NCBI GenBank assembly: GCA_035315125.1
Contig: DATFYI010000164.1
Location: 444 to 64,443, forward strand
Reading direction: 5' to 3'
Source: Anaerolineaceae bacterium
Lineage (GTDB): Bacteria; Chloroflexota; Anaerolineae; Anaerolineales; Anaerolineaceae
DNA: 64,000 nt
Shown: positions 9,244 through 18,130 of the stretch, one piece after another
How the letters are laid out: every line of letters starts with the position of its first letter
Position numbering within the stretch: position 1 is the first letter of the stretch
Made by a program: the position numbers and the translations under genes
Notes under the pieces: model-generated
What the model was told of the DNA's origin: nothing
Database searches by the model: none
Seen by the model: only the letters and a program-made list of their open reading frames with translations

Positions 9244-11875
9244 ATTCGCCAAACTTATGGAAAAACCAGGTCTTTACCAGCTGTGTCAGAACCACATAAC
9301 ACAACAACATGACCGCCAGAAGCAGCCAATACAATGGTGGCAGTGTGACAAACCCTAGCGTGTTGGCCAAGGGTGAAACCGTCAGCCAGGCGCCCACCGC
9401 AACGATGATGAGAGATGTGCCGATCAGTGGCCAGCTGGCCCGGCTCTGGATAAATGGGATCTTGTTAGTACGGATGACGTGAATGATAAGGGTCTGCGTG
9501 AACAGGCTTTCTACGAACCAGCCGGTGTGGAAGAGGGCCGGGTTGTTCCATGAGTTGAAAACGTACAGCATAATAAAGAAAGTCAGGTAATCGAAGATCG
9601 AACTGATTGGGCCGATAAAGAGGATAAATCGCTGGATTGAGCCAATCGTCCATTTGCGCGGCTTGGCCAGCCAGTCAGCGTCGACCCCGTCAGTGGGGAT
9701 GGTAGTCTGTGAAAAATCATACAGCAAGTTATTTGTAAGCACCTGGATCGGCAGCATAGGGAGGAAAGGCAGGAATGCACTGGCCCCCACGACACTGAAC
9801 ATGTTGCCGAAGTTGGAGCTGGCTGCCATCCTGATATACTTAATGATGTTTCCGAACACCCTGCGACCCTCCAGAACGCCCTGCTTCAGAACCAGGAGGC
9901 TGTTTTCTAACAGAATGATATCGGAGGACTCCTTGGCGATATCTACAGCGCTGTTAACAGAGATGCCCACATCCGCCGCCTTCAAAGCCGGGGCGTCGTT
10001 AATACCATCGCCCATAAAACCAACCACGTGGCCTTTGCGCTGAAGAGCACGGATGATGTGTTCTTTGTGGGCCGGAGCCAGCTTGGCAAAGACACTGGCC
10101 GAGTTCACGGCTTCGTCGAGTTCCTTTTCGCTCATCGCCTCAATTTGAGGGCCTAGCAATATCTTCTCAATTGGCAGACCCACTTCTTTACAGATATAGG
10201 CAGTAATGATCTCATTATCACCGGTCAAAATCTTGACGTCCACATTTAGATCGTGCAACTGCTTCAAGGCCTGCGTGGCAGTATCCTTGGGCGGGTCAAG
10301 GAAGGACATGAAACCAAGCAGGATCATGTCCGATTCATCTTTAACAGTATAACTGGGCTCATCCGTGGCGCCTGGCATTTCCTTGTAAGCCAGGGCAATT
10401 ACCCGGAAGCCCTGATCGTTCAAGTTACTGGCGATCTTCAGTCCTTTGTCATGGTACTCGGGCAACATATCGATGGCCTTACCATCGATATCCACCCGGT
10501 TACAAAGGCTTATCACTTCTTCTACTGCGCCTTTACAGATCAGTGTATTCAACCCGGCTTTGTCTTCCACAATCACGGACATGCGTTTGCGTATAAAGTC
10601 AAATGGAATTTCGTCAATCTTGCGGTACTTTTCTTGTGCTTCTGAGGCAGGTTCCAGTTCCTCATGGTCGAGGACAGCGGCATCGAGCAAGTTCTTTAAC
10701 CCGGTATGATGGTAACTATTGAGGTAGCCATATTGGAGCACTTTATCACTGGAATTTCCCTGCACGTCCAGGTACTTCTCAAGTACGATCTTTCCCTGGG
10801 TGATGGTACCGGTCTTGTCGGTGCACAATACATCCATCGCTCCGAAGTTCTGGATGGAATTGAGGCGCTTGACAATGACTTTCTTCTTCGACATGTCGAG
10901 GGCGCCCTTGGACAGGTTGACCGTCACGATCATGGGCAGCATTTCGGGGGTCAGCCCAACAGCTACTGCCATGGCAAACAGAAATGCTTCCAGCCAGTTG
11001 TGTTTGCTGAAACCATTGATCAGGAAGACAGCCGGAACCATAATGGCTATAAAACGAATCATGAGCCAGGTGAATTTGTTTATCCCCTTGTCGAAGCCAG
11101 TCAGCTGGCGCTCACCTACAATACTGGCTGCCAATGATCCAAAGTAGGTCTGGTCTCCGGTGTGAATAACTACCGCGCTGGCAGAACCGCTCTGAACGTT
11201 GGAGCCCAGGAAGCAAATGTTGGGCAGTTCTAACGGGTTTTGAAGGGCTGCTGGAGCCTGGCCGGCTTTTTTCTCTACCGGCAGAGATTCACCGGTGAGA
11301 GCGGCCTGATCCAGGAAAAGGTCTTTAGCGGTAAGTACCCGCACGTCGGCCGGCGTCATATCACCGGCTGCCAGCCGGATGATATCGCCCGGCACCAAGA
11401 ACTTCAGCGGAACTTCTTTTTCCTTACCATCTCGCAGCACTGTGGCTGTGGTGCTGACCATCGCTTTGAGCTTTTCGGCCGCGTTATCGGCGCGCATTTC
11501 CTGGAAGAAACGCAACACCACGCCCAACAGCACCATCACGAAAATGACCAGCATGGCTCGCAGGTCGCCGGTCAGAAAAGATATCACACCCAGCGCCGTG
11601 AGCAGGATAACCAGGGGATTCTTGACGTTACTCAACAGACGCATCAGAGGGGATTGGCGTTTCTCACGGGCAATCTCGTTCAACCCATACTGCTTCGTAC
11701 GAGAGTCGGCTTCAGCAGTGCTTAAGCCGATTGTTTGCGAATCAAGCCCCTTCAAAACCGTATCATTATCTGCGCGTGCCTTTTCTAATAATTGATCGGA
11801 AAAATGCGCTCCATTCTTACTAGGGGGATTATTCAGACGCTGAGTTGGGTTCAGGGTCGTTTTCAGAGTTGCCAT
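9242..11875 (-). CDS. mgtA: magnesium-translocating P-type ATPase
   Basis: CTDKTGTITQGK phosphorylation site, TGDNE, MGDGINDAPALKAADVGIS, and the MgtA-specific C-terminal PIQVLTNNLLYDFSQTTIPTDGVDADWLAKPRKW. Confidence 0.92.
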   Translation of the reverse strand: MATLKTTLNPTQRLNNPPSKNGAHFSDQLLEKARADNDTVLKGLDSQTIGLSTAEADSRTKQYGLNEIAREKRQSPLMRLLSNVKNPLVILLTALGVISFLTGDLRAMLVIFVMVLLGVVLRFFQEMRADNAAEKLKAMVSTTATVLRDGKEKEVPLKFLVPGDIIRLAAGDMTPADVRVLTAKDLFLDQAALTGESLPVEKKAGQAPAALQNPLELPNICFLGSNVQSGSASAVVIHTGDQTYFGSLAASIVGERQLTGFDKGINKFTWLMIRFIAIMVPAVFLINGFSKHNWLEAFLFAMAVAVGLTPEMLPMIVTVNLSKGALDMSKKKVIVKRLNSIQNFGAMDVLCTDKTGTITQGKIVLEKYLDVQGNSSDKVLQYGYLNSYHHTGLKNLLDAAVLDHEELEPASEAQEKYRKIDEIPFDFIRKRMSVIVEDKAGLNTLICKGAVEEVISLCNRVDIDGKAIDMLPEYHDKGLKIASNLNDQGFRVIALAYKEMPGATDEPSYTVKDESDMILLGFMSFLDPPKDTATQALKQLHDLNVDVKILTGDNEIITAYICKEVGLPIEKILLGPQIEAMSEKELDEAVNSASVFAKLAPAHKEHIIRALQRKGHVVGFMGDGINDAPALKAADVGISVNSAVDIAKESSDIILLENSLLVLKQGVLEGRRVFGNIIKYIRMAASSNFGNMFSVVGASAFLPFLPMLPIQVLTNNLLYDFSQTTIPTDGVDADWLAKPRKWTIGSIQRFILFIGPISSIFDYLTFFIMLYVFNSWNNPALFHTGWFVESLFTQTLIIHVIRTNKIPFIQSRASWPLIGTSLIIVAVGAWLTVSPLANTLGFVTLPPLYWLLLAVMLLCYVVLTQLVKTWFFHKFGE

Positions 11876-11913
11876 CTATACCTCCGCGGTCGTTTATGAT
11901 CTTGTTTGATGAA

Positions 11914-11942
11914 ATCTAAATTCTGGCATTATTAATTTGCAA
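11914..11942 (-). promoter_or_regulatory. sigma70-like promoter for mgtA
   Basis: TTGCAA (11942-11937), 17-nt spacer, TTAGAT (11919-11914), about 40 nt upstream of the ATG. SD GCGGAGG. Confidence 0.4.
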
Positions 11943-11998
11943 AGAAAAGAAAAAAATCCACGCCGAACACAATATTTTTGTATAGGTGTCGTGGATTT
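11941..11998 (-). terminator. rho-independent terminator after glsB paralog 1
   Basis: Stem AAATCCACG/CGTGGATTT (11998-11954) followed on the minus strand by a TTTTTTTCTTTTCTTT run. A second 10-bp stem (12008-12057) lies just upstream. Confidence 0.6.
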
Positions 11999-12069
11999 GT
12001 TGATAGTCCTCCGTGGAGCTGCCGTAGGTGTCATCTCACAGCAGTGGTCCACGGAGGGCATGTCTGACC

Positions 12070-12339
12070 TCAACGAAAAATGCTTCGCCTTCCACCAGCC
12101 AAAAGGCGCAGCAGGATAAGTAAAATCACAGCTCCGACAAACGCTACCAGGATAGACTCCAGGTTGATGCCGTTCATAGTGGCGCCGATATGCAGGAAAG
12201 AGGTGGCGATCCAACCGCCCAACAATCCGCCGACCACGCCGACGATGATATCACCCAACAGCCCTTTGCCGCCTCGCATGACCATTCCGGCCAACCAACC
12301 AGCAATCAAACCAACAACGATCCAGGAAAGTATTCCCAT
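12070..12339 (-). CDS. GlsB/YeaQ/YmgE family stress-response membrane protein (paralog 1)
   Basis: MGILSWIVVGLIAGWLAG...GDIIVGVVGGLLGGW is the canonical transglycosylase-associated (GlsB) signature. Confidence 0.9.
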   Translation of the reverse strand: MGILSWIVVGLIAGWLAGMVMRGGKGLLGDIIVGVVGGLLGGWIATSFLHIGATMNGINLESILVAFVGAVILLILLRLLAGGRRSIFR

Positions 12340-12517
12340 TTCTAATCTCCGTTTCTATTTGAACAAGGCTATCGATTGTGTTCATGCGATGGATTTATCC
12401 ATTTCGCATGATAATTTTCATCACTATAAACAAGAGGATTTGTACCCCTTGGGAGTGCTGTTTTTACCAGTAATATTTCCATTACAAAGCTTCAGGCCCT
12501 TACGCCAATTGTGTGCA

Positions 12518-13027
12518 TCACATTTTGCCGTCGGAGATGGTCGTGTGAGTTGTGCGTACGTTTCCTTCTCCACCTGGCGTCTGTTCACGGGTCGTGCGCG
12601 TGAATGAGCGCGAGCCGGGACGGTCCGCAATCAACCGGATTACGTAAGCGAAGCCCCAGAAGATCAGCGCATAAACGACCATGGCAATGAGCGTAGTGAG
12701 TTCAAGGGCTGAGCCACCGGACGTTGGCGTTGGGATCAATCCGAAGAATGGCCAAACGAACACTCCCGTGACACCGTACATGAGCACTGAAAAGCCGCTG
12801 TCCGGATTGGCCGCAATCAATCTCAATACGAAGCGGAAAGCCAGCAGAATTTCTAAAAGGGCCAGAATGCTCCAAAGGATGCGGTTGATCTGGAACCATT
12901 CCATCCGGCGTTCGGCGGCCACATCGCGCACCACTTGCTCAGTAGCAACGTAGCCTGGATGTCGTGTGACCAACGTTTCTTCACGGCGATCCACCGCCAT
13001 ATCATCGGTCTCGAGGTTGTCGATCAT
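12518..13027 (-). CDS. YggT-like membrane protein (paralog 1)
   Basis: LLEILLAFRFVLRLIAANPDSGF...VTGVFVWPFFGLIP...LIAMVVYALI resembles the YGGT repeat. Paralog at 13838-14353. Confidence 0.6.
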   Translation of the reverse strand: MIDNLETDDMAVDRREETLVTRHPGYVATEQVVRDVAAERRMEWFQINRILWSILALLEILLAFRFVLRLIAANPDSGFSVLMYGVTGVFVWPFFGLIPTPTSGGSALELTTLIAMVVYALIFWGFAYVIRLIADRPGSRSFTRTTREQTPGGEGNVRTTHTTISDGKM

Positions 13028-13162
13028 AAAAGCTCCTTTTCGTTTCCCCTGTTATTGGGGACGTGCTTACTATTTCTGGTATCCGTGAGACAGGATTACT
13101 CATTAACTCTGCCTCACGGATGCTTTGATGACCTCTACCAATAAAATTTCTTTTACCGTCTA

Positions 13163-13435
13163 TCAATTCCTGGAACTTCTTCTGCCACCAGCTACCAGAC
13201 GAAAAACAATCAGCAGCAGGATAGCTCCACAGAAAGCTACCAAGATCGATTCAAGGTTGATCCCGTTTACCGCGGCGCTAATATGGAGGAAAGTAGTACC
13301 GATCCAGCCCCCTAACAAACCGCCCAGCACACCGACGATAATGTCGCCAATCAACCCGTAGCCACCACCCCTCATGACCTGTCCCGCCAAAAATCCGGCG
13401 ATCAAACCAACGACGATCCATGCAAGTATTCCCAT
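13163..13435 (-). CDS. GlsB/YeaQ/YmgE family stress-response membrane protein (paralog 2)
   Basis: MGILAWIVVGLIAGFLAG...GDIIVGVLGGLLGGW. Close paralog of 12070-12339. Confidence 0.9.
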   Translation of the reverse strand: MGILAWIVVGLIAGFLAGQVMRGGGYGLIGDIIVGVLGGLLGGWIGTTFLHISAAVNGINLESILVAFCGAILLLIVFRLVAGGRRSSRN

Positions 13436-13535
13436 AATAATCCTCCAAACATTTTTATATAGAATGCGTTTATTTGTGATGTGCGCAGATACTGCGCCTT
13501 ACGAATAGTGGTATTTCCAGTTTCAATCAGAAGGT

Positions 13536-13745
13536 TTAGCCCTTCTTGGCTTTTTTCTTCGAGTCCGAGGCAGGTTTTCCACCAGATTTGCTGGAAGAGA
13601 CGACCTTATCCGTATCCAGTGCCTTGACCGGCTGGCTTTCCGCCGCTTTTACTTCTAAAGATACGGCGCCACCGGCTTTCTCAACCGACAACGGTTTTGA
13701 TTTTGTTTTACTTTCCTTGCGTTTGCTTACGCCTTTACGTCCCAT
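13536..13745 (-). CDS. Lys/Ser-rich small hydrophilic protein (69 aa)
   Basis: ORF inside the stress operon. Low-complexity K/S/A-rich product; no known motif. Confidence 0.4.
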   Translation of the reverse strand: MGRKGVSKRKESKTKSKPLSVEKAGGAVSLEVKAAESQPVKALDTDKVVSSSKSGGKPASDSKKKAKKG

Positions 13746-13837
13746 CTATTTCTCCTTTCAGAATGTTTCATACAATCCTTGGTTTTCAGCGGTTAGGTTG
13801 CCAGACGAATGCAATGGTTTATATCCTTTCCCACCTA

Positions 13838-14353
13838 TCAAAGGGGACCGGGGGTTTGGGTCGTACGTTCGGTGACGACCGTTTGACTGGCGCTCACTGG
13901 TGCTTGGGTCGTAGTGCGATTAGTTGTCATCGTTCGGCTGACGCCCAAAGGTGCTTGCTGAGGGGTGTGATCGTTAATCGTCGTCTGTCTGGTGCTCACG
14001 GGGCCGCGCGGGCGGTAGAAAAGCACGTACACAATCTGTGCAAGAGCCCAACCGATCAGCAGATACACGATCATGGCAATGATGGAAGAAATCTCAAACA
14101 CCATGCCGCCAGCAGATAGGGGGGTTACTAGGCTTGCAAAAGGCGCCACGAAAAGGTTGGTCAGGTTGTAAAGCAGGGTTGCGAAAGGATTGGCCGCATT
14201 GACGCCGATCAACTTAAACAATACCCGTAGTGCAATTGCGATTTCGAGCAGTGCGACCAGCAGCCAGATCAATTGTGTGACTTTAAAGGTGGCCACGCGC
14301 TGCTCGCGCCCGGCTTCATGTTGTGAAGTTCTTATTTCTTGATAATCACTCAT
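13838..14353 (-). CDS. YggT-like membrane protein (paralog 2)
   Basis: LLEIAIALRVLFKLIGVNAANPF...LTNLFVAPFASL...IIAMIVYLLI. Paralog of 12518-13027. Confidence 0.6.
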   Translation of the reverse strand: MSDYQEIRTSQHEAGREQRVATFKVTQLIWLLVALLEIAIALRVLFKLIGVNAANPFATLLYNLTNLFVAPFASLVTPLSAGGMVFEISSIIAMIVYLLIGWALAQIVYVLFYRPRGPVSTRQTTINDHTPQQAPLGVSRTMTTNRTTTQAPVSASQTVVTERTTQTPGPL

Positions 14354-14367
14354 TTTGTCCTCTTTTC

Positions 14368-14541
14368 CTATCCTTTTTTGGCTCGCTCCTGGGAGTTACC
14401 AACCTTCTCCTGGATCTTGCCGGTTATTTTATCGATGTTTCCGCCAATTTTCTGACTGTTATTATGAGTAAGTTTGCCCCACCAGACCTTTGTCTGGCCG
14501 CGTATTTGCTTCCACTTGCCTTTCGAAACATTGTTGTTCAT
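14368..14541 (-). CDS. csbD: CsbD family general stress protein (57 aa)
   Basis: KGKWKQIRGQTKVWWGKLTHNN...ITGKIQEKVG matches CsbD. Start taken at the ATG at 14541, preceded by GGAGAAGG; the track ORF is extended upstream. Confidence 0.8.
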   Translation of the reverse strand: MNNNVSKGKWKQIRGQTKVWWGKLTHNNSQKIGGNIDKITGKIQEKVGNSQERAKKG

Positions 14542-14581
14542 TGTCCTTCTCCTATCGAATGGAATGAATTCAAGCCTGGTA

Positions 14582-15013
14582 CTATCCAAGCAGCGGCCGG
14601 ACAGGTCTGAGTAAACTACCCAGCAATAAACCAACAACCAGTGCGATCGTTATTGCAACCCAGGGATATCTGGCAGCCTGCTTGCCGAAGCCGCCTGGAA
14701 CTTTGTCGGCAACTTCCTGCGCCTTGGCGTTGTATTGGCTCAAGCCATGTCCAACATCCTTCTTCACTGTCGCTGCAGCGCCAACTACAGCCTCCTTGGC
14801 ATCGCCTGTCATTTTTTCGAATCCCTCGCCTAATTGAGAGACATTGTCATTCACCCAGCTGGTCAAGTCTTCTTTGGCTTTGACAGTGGCCTGGCTAAAG
14901 TTGTCTTGTACTCTGGTAACCCGAGCGGTGCTGTCGTCCATCAGGGTGCTTATATCTTTTTTTACCTTAGCAGTATCCTTGCGGACTTTGTTTTCAAATT
15001 GGTGGTCATTCAT
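14582..15013 (-). CDS. DUF883 / ElaB-YqjD-like membrane-anchored stress protein
   Basis: Helical hydrophilic N-terminus and C-terminal anchor YPWVAITIALVVGLLLGSLL, typical of ElaB/YqjD/YgaM. Overlaps the dps2 stop by 8 nt. Confidence 0.7.
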   Translation of the reverse strand: MNDHQFENKVRKDTAKVKKDISTLMDDSTARVTRVQDNFSQATVKAKEDLTSWVNDNVSQLGEGFEKMTGDAKEAVVGAAATVKKDVGHGLSQYNAKAQEVADKVPGGFGKQAARYPWVAITIALVVGLLLGSLLRPVRPLLG

Positions 15014-15563
15014 CTTTTAAAATCCTTTTCTGGCTTTCGCCGTAAACTGGTTCATTCTCGATATAGGAACGTAGGATCCAGGCCATCTTTTCATGCAAAC
15101 GCATAATGCTGACCAGCAATTCGAATGTGCCTTCATCCTCGTACTCTTCAGTGCATTTTCTGGCATCCTCACGTAAAAAACGAATGGTGGCCTCATGGTC
15201 AGCTAAAAGGCGCAGGATATCTGGCACAACACCAGTCTGTTCTTCCAGACGGGTGTAATTGATAAATTCCTGCAAGCTGCCGATAGCAATCCCACCCAGC
15301 ATGCGTGCCCGCTCGGCTAACTCATCGGAGATATCGCTCAATTGTTCGTACTGGGAATTGAATAGGATGTGCAGCTCGAAGAAACCTGCTCCGCTCACGT
15401 TCCATTGGGCGCTGCGGGTTTTTATGGTCAGCACGGCCTCATTGGCCAGAGTGTTGTTGAGGAGTTCCACAACCGAATGGCGGACATCGCTATCCAATCC
15501 TATATTCGGCTGGATGAGGACCTGCAGCTTCGTGTTATGGCCGTCGTTCCGATTGTGTTCCAT
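15006..15563 (-). CDS. dps: Dps family DNA-protection/ferritin-like protein (paralog 2)
   Basis: LNNTLANEAVLTIKTRSAQWNVSGAGFFELHILFNSQYEQL...AERARMLGG. Start taken at the second ATG (15563), behind SD GAAAGGAAG. Confidence 0.9.
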   Translation of the reverse strand: MEHNRNDGHNTKLQVLIQPNIGLDSDVRHSVVELLNNTLANEAVLTIKTRSAQWNVSGAGFFELHILFNSQYEQLSDISDELAERARMLGGIAIGSLQEFINYTRLEEQTGVVPDILRLLADHEATIRFLREDARKCTEEYEDEGTFELLVSIMRLHEKMAWILRSYIENEPVYGESQKRILKDE

Positions 15564-15565
15564 AT

Positions 15566-15666
15566 AGCTTCCTTTCATCAGATGGTTTTTTCTTGCAATA
15601 CCATCTTATGCGAAAGGAGCTATCTAAGTCCCTAATAAGCCCTATATAATATCTAAAAAATTATGG
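15566..15666 (-). promoter_or_regulatory. conserved stress promoter + 5' leader hairpin module, copy B (upstream of dps2)
   Basis: ATTATA (15650-15645), N12, GGGACTT (15632-15626), GATAGC, then hairpin arms 15621-15600 and 15586-15566. The 3' arm contains the SD. Confidence 0.55.
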
Positions 15667-15673
15667 TTATTGG

Positions 15674-16357
15674 TTAGAAGATTTTTTTCGAGTGCAGGTT
15701 ATATCCCATGCCGGGCACCGTTTCGAGCAGGTCGCCGTAATCCCCCAGTTTTCTGCGCAAGCGGCCGAGATAAGTATGTAAATAGTGATTCGAGCCGCGG
15801 TACTCTGGCCCCCAAACCTGGGTAATCAGCTCATCATGGGTAACGATGGCATCCAGGCGGTGCGCCAGTTCGGCAAGAATGGCATACTCGGTGTGGGTAA
15901 GATGCACATCGTTCTCACCGATCAGGACGCGGCGCGCTTCCAGGTCTATACTGAGGTCTCCAATCTGAATTTTTGAGTCATCGGTTTTCGCGGCGACGTA
16001 GGATCGGCGCAGAAAAGCGCGCACTCGCGCCAATAATTCTTCCTGCCCAAACGGTTTGGTGACGTAATCATCTGCGCCCGCATCCAGTGCCGCCACTTTG
16101 AGATCTTCTTCCAGCCGGGCGCTCAATACAATAATGGGCACATCCGAACGCGCCCGGATCCATTTACAAATATCGACCCCCGAAAGACCGGGCAGCATCA
16201 GGTCCAGCAGAACCAGGTCCACCGGTTCCTGTTCAAATAAGGCAAGCGCCTGGTGGCTGTCCTCCGCTTCGCTGACGGTGTAGCCACGTTTCACCAGGTT
16301 GACCCGCACCAATTTGCGGATATTTGGATCATCTTCAACAATTAATATATTCCCCAT
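15674..16357 (-). CDS. OmpR-family response regulator
   Basis: Receiver domain (ILIVEDD...DLVLLDLMLPG...DDYVTKPF) plus a winged-helix C-terminus (VHLTHTEYAILAEL...GMGY). Confidence 0.9.
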   Translation of the reverse strand: MGNILIVEDDPNIRKLVRVNLVKRGYTVSEAEDSHQALALFEQEPVDLVLLDLMLPGLSGVDICKWIRARSDVPIIVLSARLEEDLKVAALDAGADDYVTKPFGQEELLARVRAFLRRSYVAAKTDDSKIQIGDLSIDLEARRVLIGENDVHLTHTEYAILAELAHRLDAIVTHDELITQVWGPEYRGSNHYLHTYLGRLRRKLGDYGDLLETVPGMGYNLHSKKIF

Positions 16358-16360
16358 GCC

Positions 16361-18070
16361 TTATTGCTCCTCTTTGGAAGGTACCGCCGGGGCATGCAAA
16401 GGGACAAGAGGGATAGTAAATGAAATGGTCGTTCCCGGTGTGTTTTTTTTCTTAATCCAAATGCGGCCGCCATGAGCTTCTACCAGCCCTTTACAAATAG
16501 CCAATCCCAATCCGGCGCCTTTCGCCGAGCTATTCTCCGCATTTATGCCCCGTTGAAAAGCCCTAAATACCCTCTTTTGTTCGGCCGGTGGAATACCCGG
16601 CCCCTGGTCACTGATATTGATCTGCACAAAATCTCCCCGCACACTGGCCGAGATGCTGATTTCCGTCGCTTTGGGGGAATAGATAGAGGCGTTCCGCACC
16701 AGATTGACCAATACCTGGGCGATGCGCCTGGCGTCTACATAGACCTGCGGCAGGTTGGCAGGTAGATGATGTGTCAATGTATGCCCGCCAGTTAAGCTAT
16801 TAAATTGCGGCAAGGCATCTTCGATAATCTCGTAGAGAGAATGAGGCGCCAGCGAAATCGGCAGCATGCCCGCTTCCAGGCGGGAGAGATCCAGCAGGTG
16901 ATCGATGAGCTCCTGGAGCCGGTCGGCCTCCTGTTGAATAGTCTGGATGAAATCGCGCTGTTCGTCCGGCTCCCAGGTGACATCATCGGCCAACAATGTG
17001 GTGGTAAACCCGATGATAGAGGTCAAAGGAGTCCGCAGCTCATGCGAGATCATGGCCAGGAACTGGGTTTTTATTTCATTGGCCCGCTCAGCCTCATGGC
17101 GGGATCCTTCCTCGACCTCGAGCAGTTGCAGGTTATAAAGGGTGACCGAGGCCTGGTTTACGAGCACTTTAAGATGGTGCAGTTCGATATGATCGAATTG
17201 ATGTTCTTGTTTGTAATAAACCAACAGACATCCGAGCCAATCCGCTAAGGCGACCAGCGGGAAGATAGCCAGGGTTCGAATCTGTCCTTCCAGCAGGAAA
17301 TCACGCAGCAAGGGCGTCAAACGACTGTCGGATTGTATCCCTGTGATGATCACCGTCCGGTTGGATTGGAACAGCCCCCACAAAGCAGGTTCTTCGTACA
17401 GGCTGGTTTCAGTCAGCCAGGGAGGTGGATTCTGACTGGACAGCCAGGCGGCTTTCAAATCGACCCCGCCGGCCGGCCCAACCCGAGGATTATCGAAAAA
17501 AAGCAGGGCTGCTCGTTGGGCGGAACGAAGCTCACGTGCAGACATGAGTGTTTTGAGAACTGCTTCAGGTTTACGGGACAGGCTCATCTTGTGACTGAGG
17601 TCAAACTGCTCGCGAGAACGATCCAGGGCTTTCCGCAAAGTTTGATCCACCTGGTTTTGATCGGTGATATCCTGGGCAACACAGACCTGATAAGATGTGT
17701 CCGATGTCTCTGCACGGATCAGAAAGGTATGAACAGAAATCCATCTCAGGCTGCCGTCCGGACGCACAATTCGGTAAGAGAGGTCCAGGGAATTGCGCTG
17801 GTTATCGTCAGGGCTGGCAGACATCACTTTTACCCGGTCTTCCGGATGGACACTTTCGATCAGTGTTGCCGGATCGGCATAAAGGCTTTCGCAGGAACGA
17901 CCCCAAACGATCTCAAAAGCCGGGCTGACATAGAGAATGGAATCCGTATTCAAGTCAAGTATCCAGACCACTTGCTGAATGTTCTGCAAAATTTGCTTGA
18001 GGTAAGGGTAACCCTCAAGCAATGCTTTTATATCAATTTGAGATTTTTCCTGTTCTAGCATATCCGTCAT
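16361..18070 (-). CDS. PAS/GAF-containing sensor histidine kinase
   Basis: PAS-like N-terminus, GAF-like middle, H-box SHELRTPLTSI, N-box LVRNA, G-boxes DQGPGI and GAGLGLAICKG. No TM segment is evident. Confidence 0.88.
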   Translation of the reverse strand: MTDMLEQEKSQIDIKALLEGYPYLKQILQNIQQVVWILDLNTDSILYVSPAFEIVWGRSCESLYADPATLIESVHPEDRVKVMSASPDDNQRNSLDLSYRIVRPDGSLRWISVHTFLIRAETSDTSYQVCVAQDITDQNQVDQTLRKALDRSREQFDLSHKMSLSRKPEAVLKTLMSARELRSAQRAALLFFDNPRVGPAGGVDLKAAWLSSQNPPPWLTETSLYEEPALWGLFQSNRTVIITGIQSDSRLTPLLRDFLLEGQIRTLAIFPLVALADWLGCLLVYYKQEHQFDHIELHHLKVLVNQASVTLYNLQLLEVEEGSRHEAERANEIKTQFLAMISHELRTPLTSIIGFTTTLLADDVTWEPDEQRDFIQTIQQEADRLQELIDHLLDLSRLEAGMLPISLAPHSLYEIIEDALPQFNSLTGGHTLTHHLPANLPQVYVDARRIAQVLVNLVRNASIYSPKATEISISASVRGDFVQINISDQGPGIPPAEQKRVFRAFQRGINAENSSAKGAGLGLAICKGLVEAHGGRIWIKKKNTPGTTISFTIPLVPLHAPAVPSKEEQ

Positions 18071-18130
18071 TCTTGAGGCGAAAGGTTAAAAGACTGAGCG
18101 ATCATCCGCCTGGCCTGAGTACGTCGATCG

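Noticed and set aside
11876-12069. M-box (ykoK) Mg2+ riboswitch upstream of mgtA.
   Set aside because: - The spacer lacks the conserved M-box core as I recall it (GUUAGGUGAGGCU..., CUAAUGGGU...).
- It is too short once the terminator and promoter are accounted for.
- Terminator plus promoter explains it more simply.

A covariance-model scan would settle this.
12340-12430. Sixth copy of the stress promoter module, upstream of glsB paralog 1.
   Set aside because: - Only the GATAGCC(T)TG segment is similar.
- The ATTTTA-N12-GGGAC core is absent.
- A different palindrome (TCATGCGATGGA...TCCATTTCGCATGA) is present instead.
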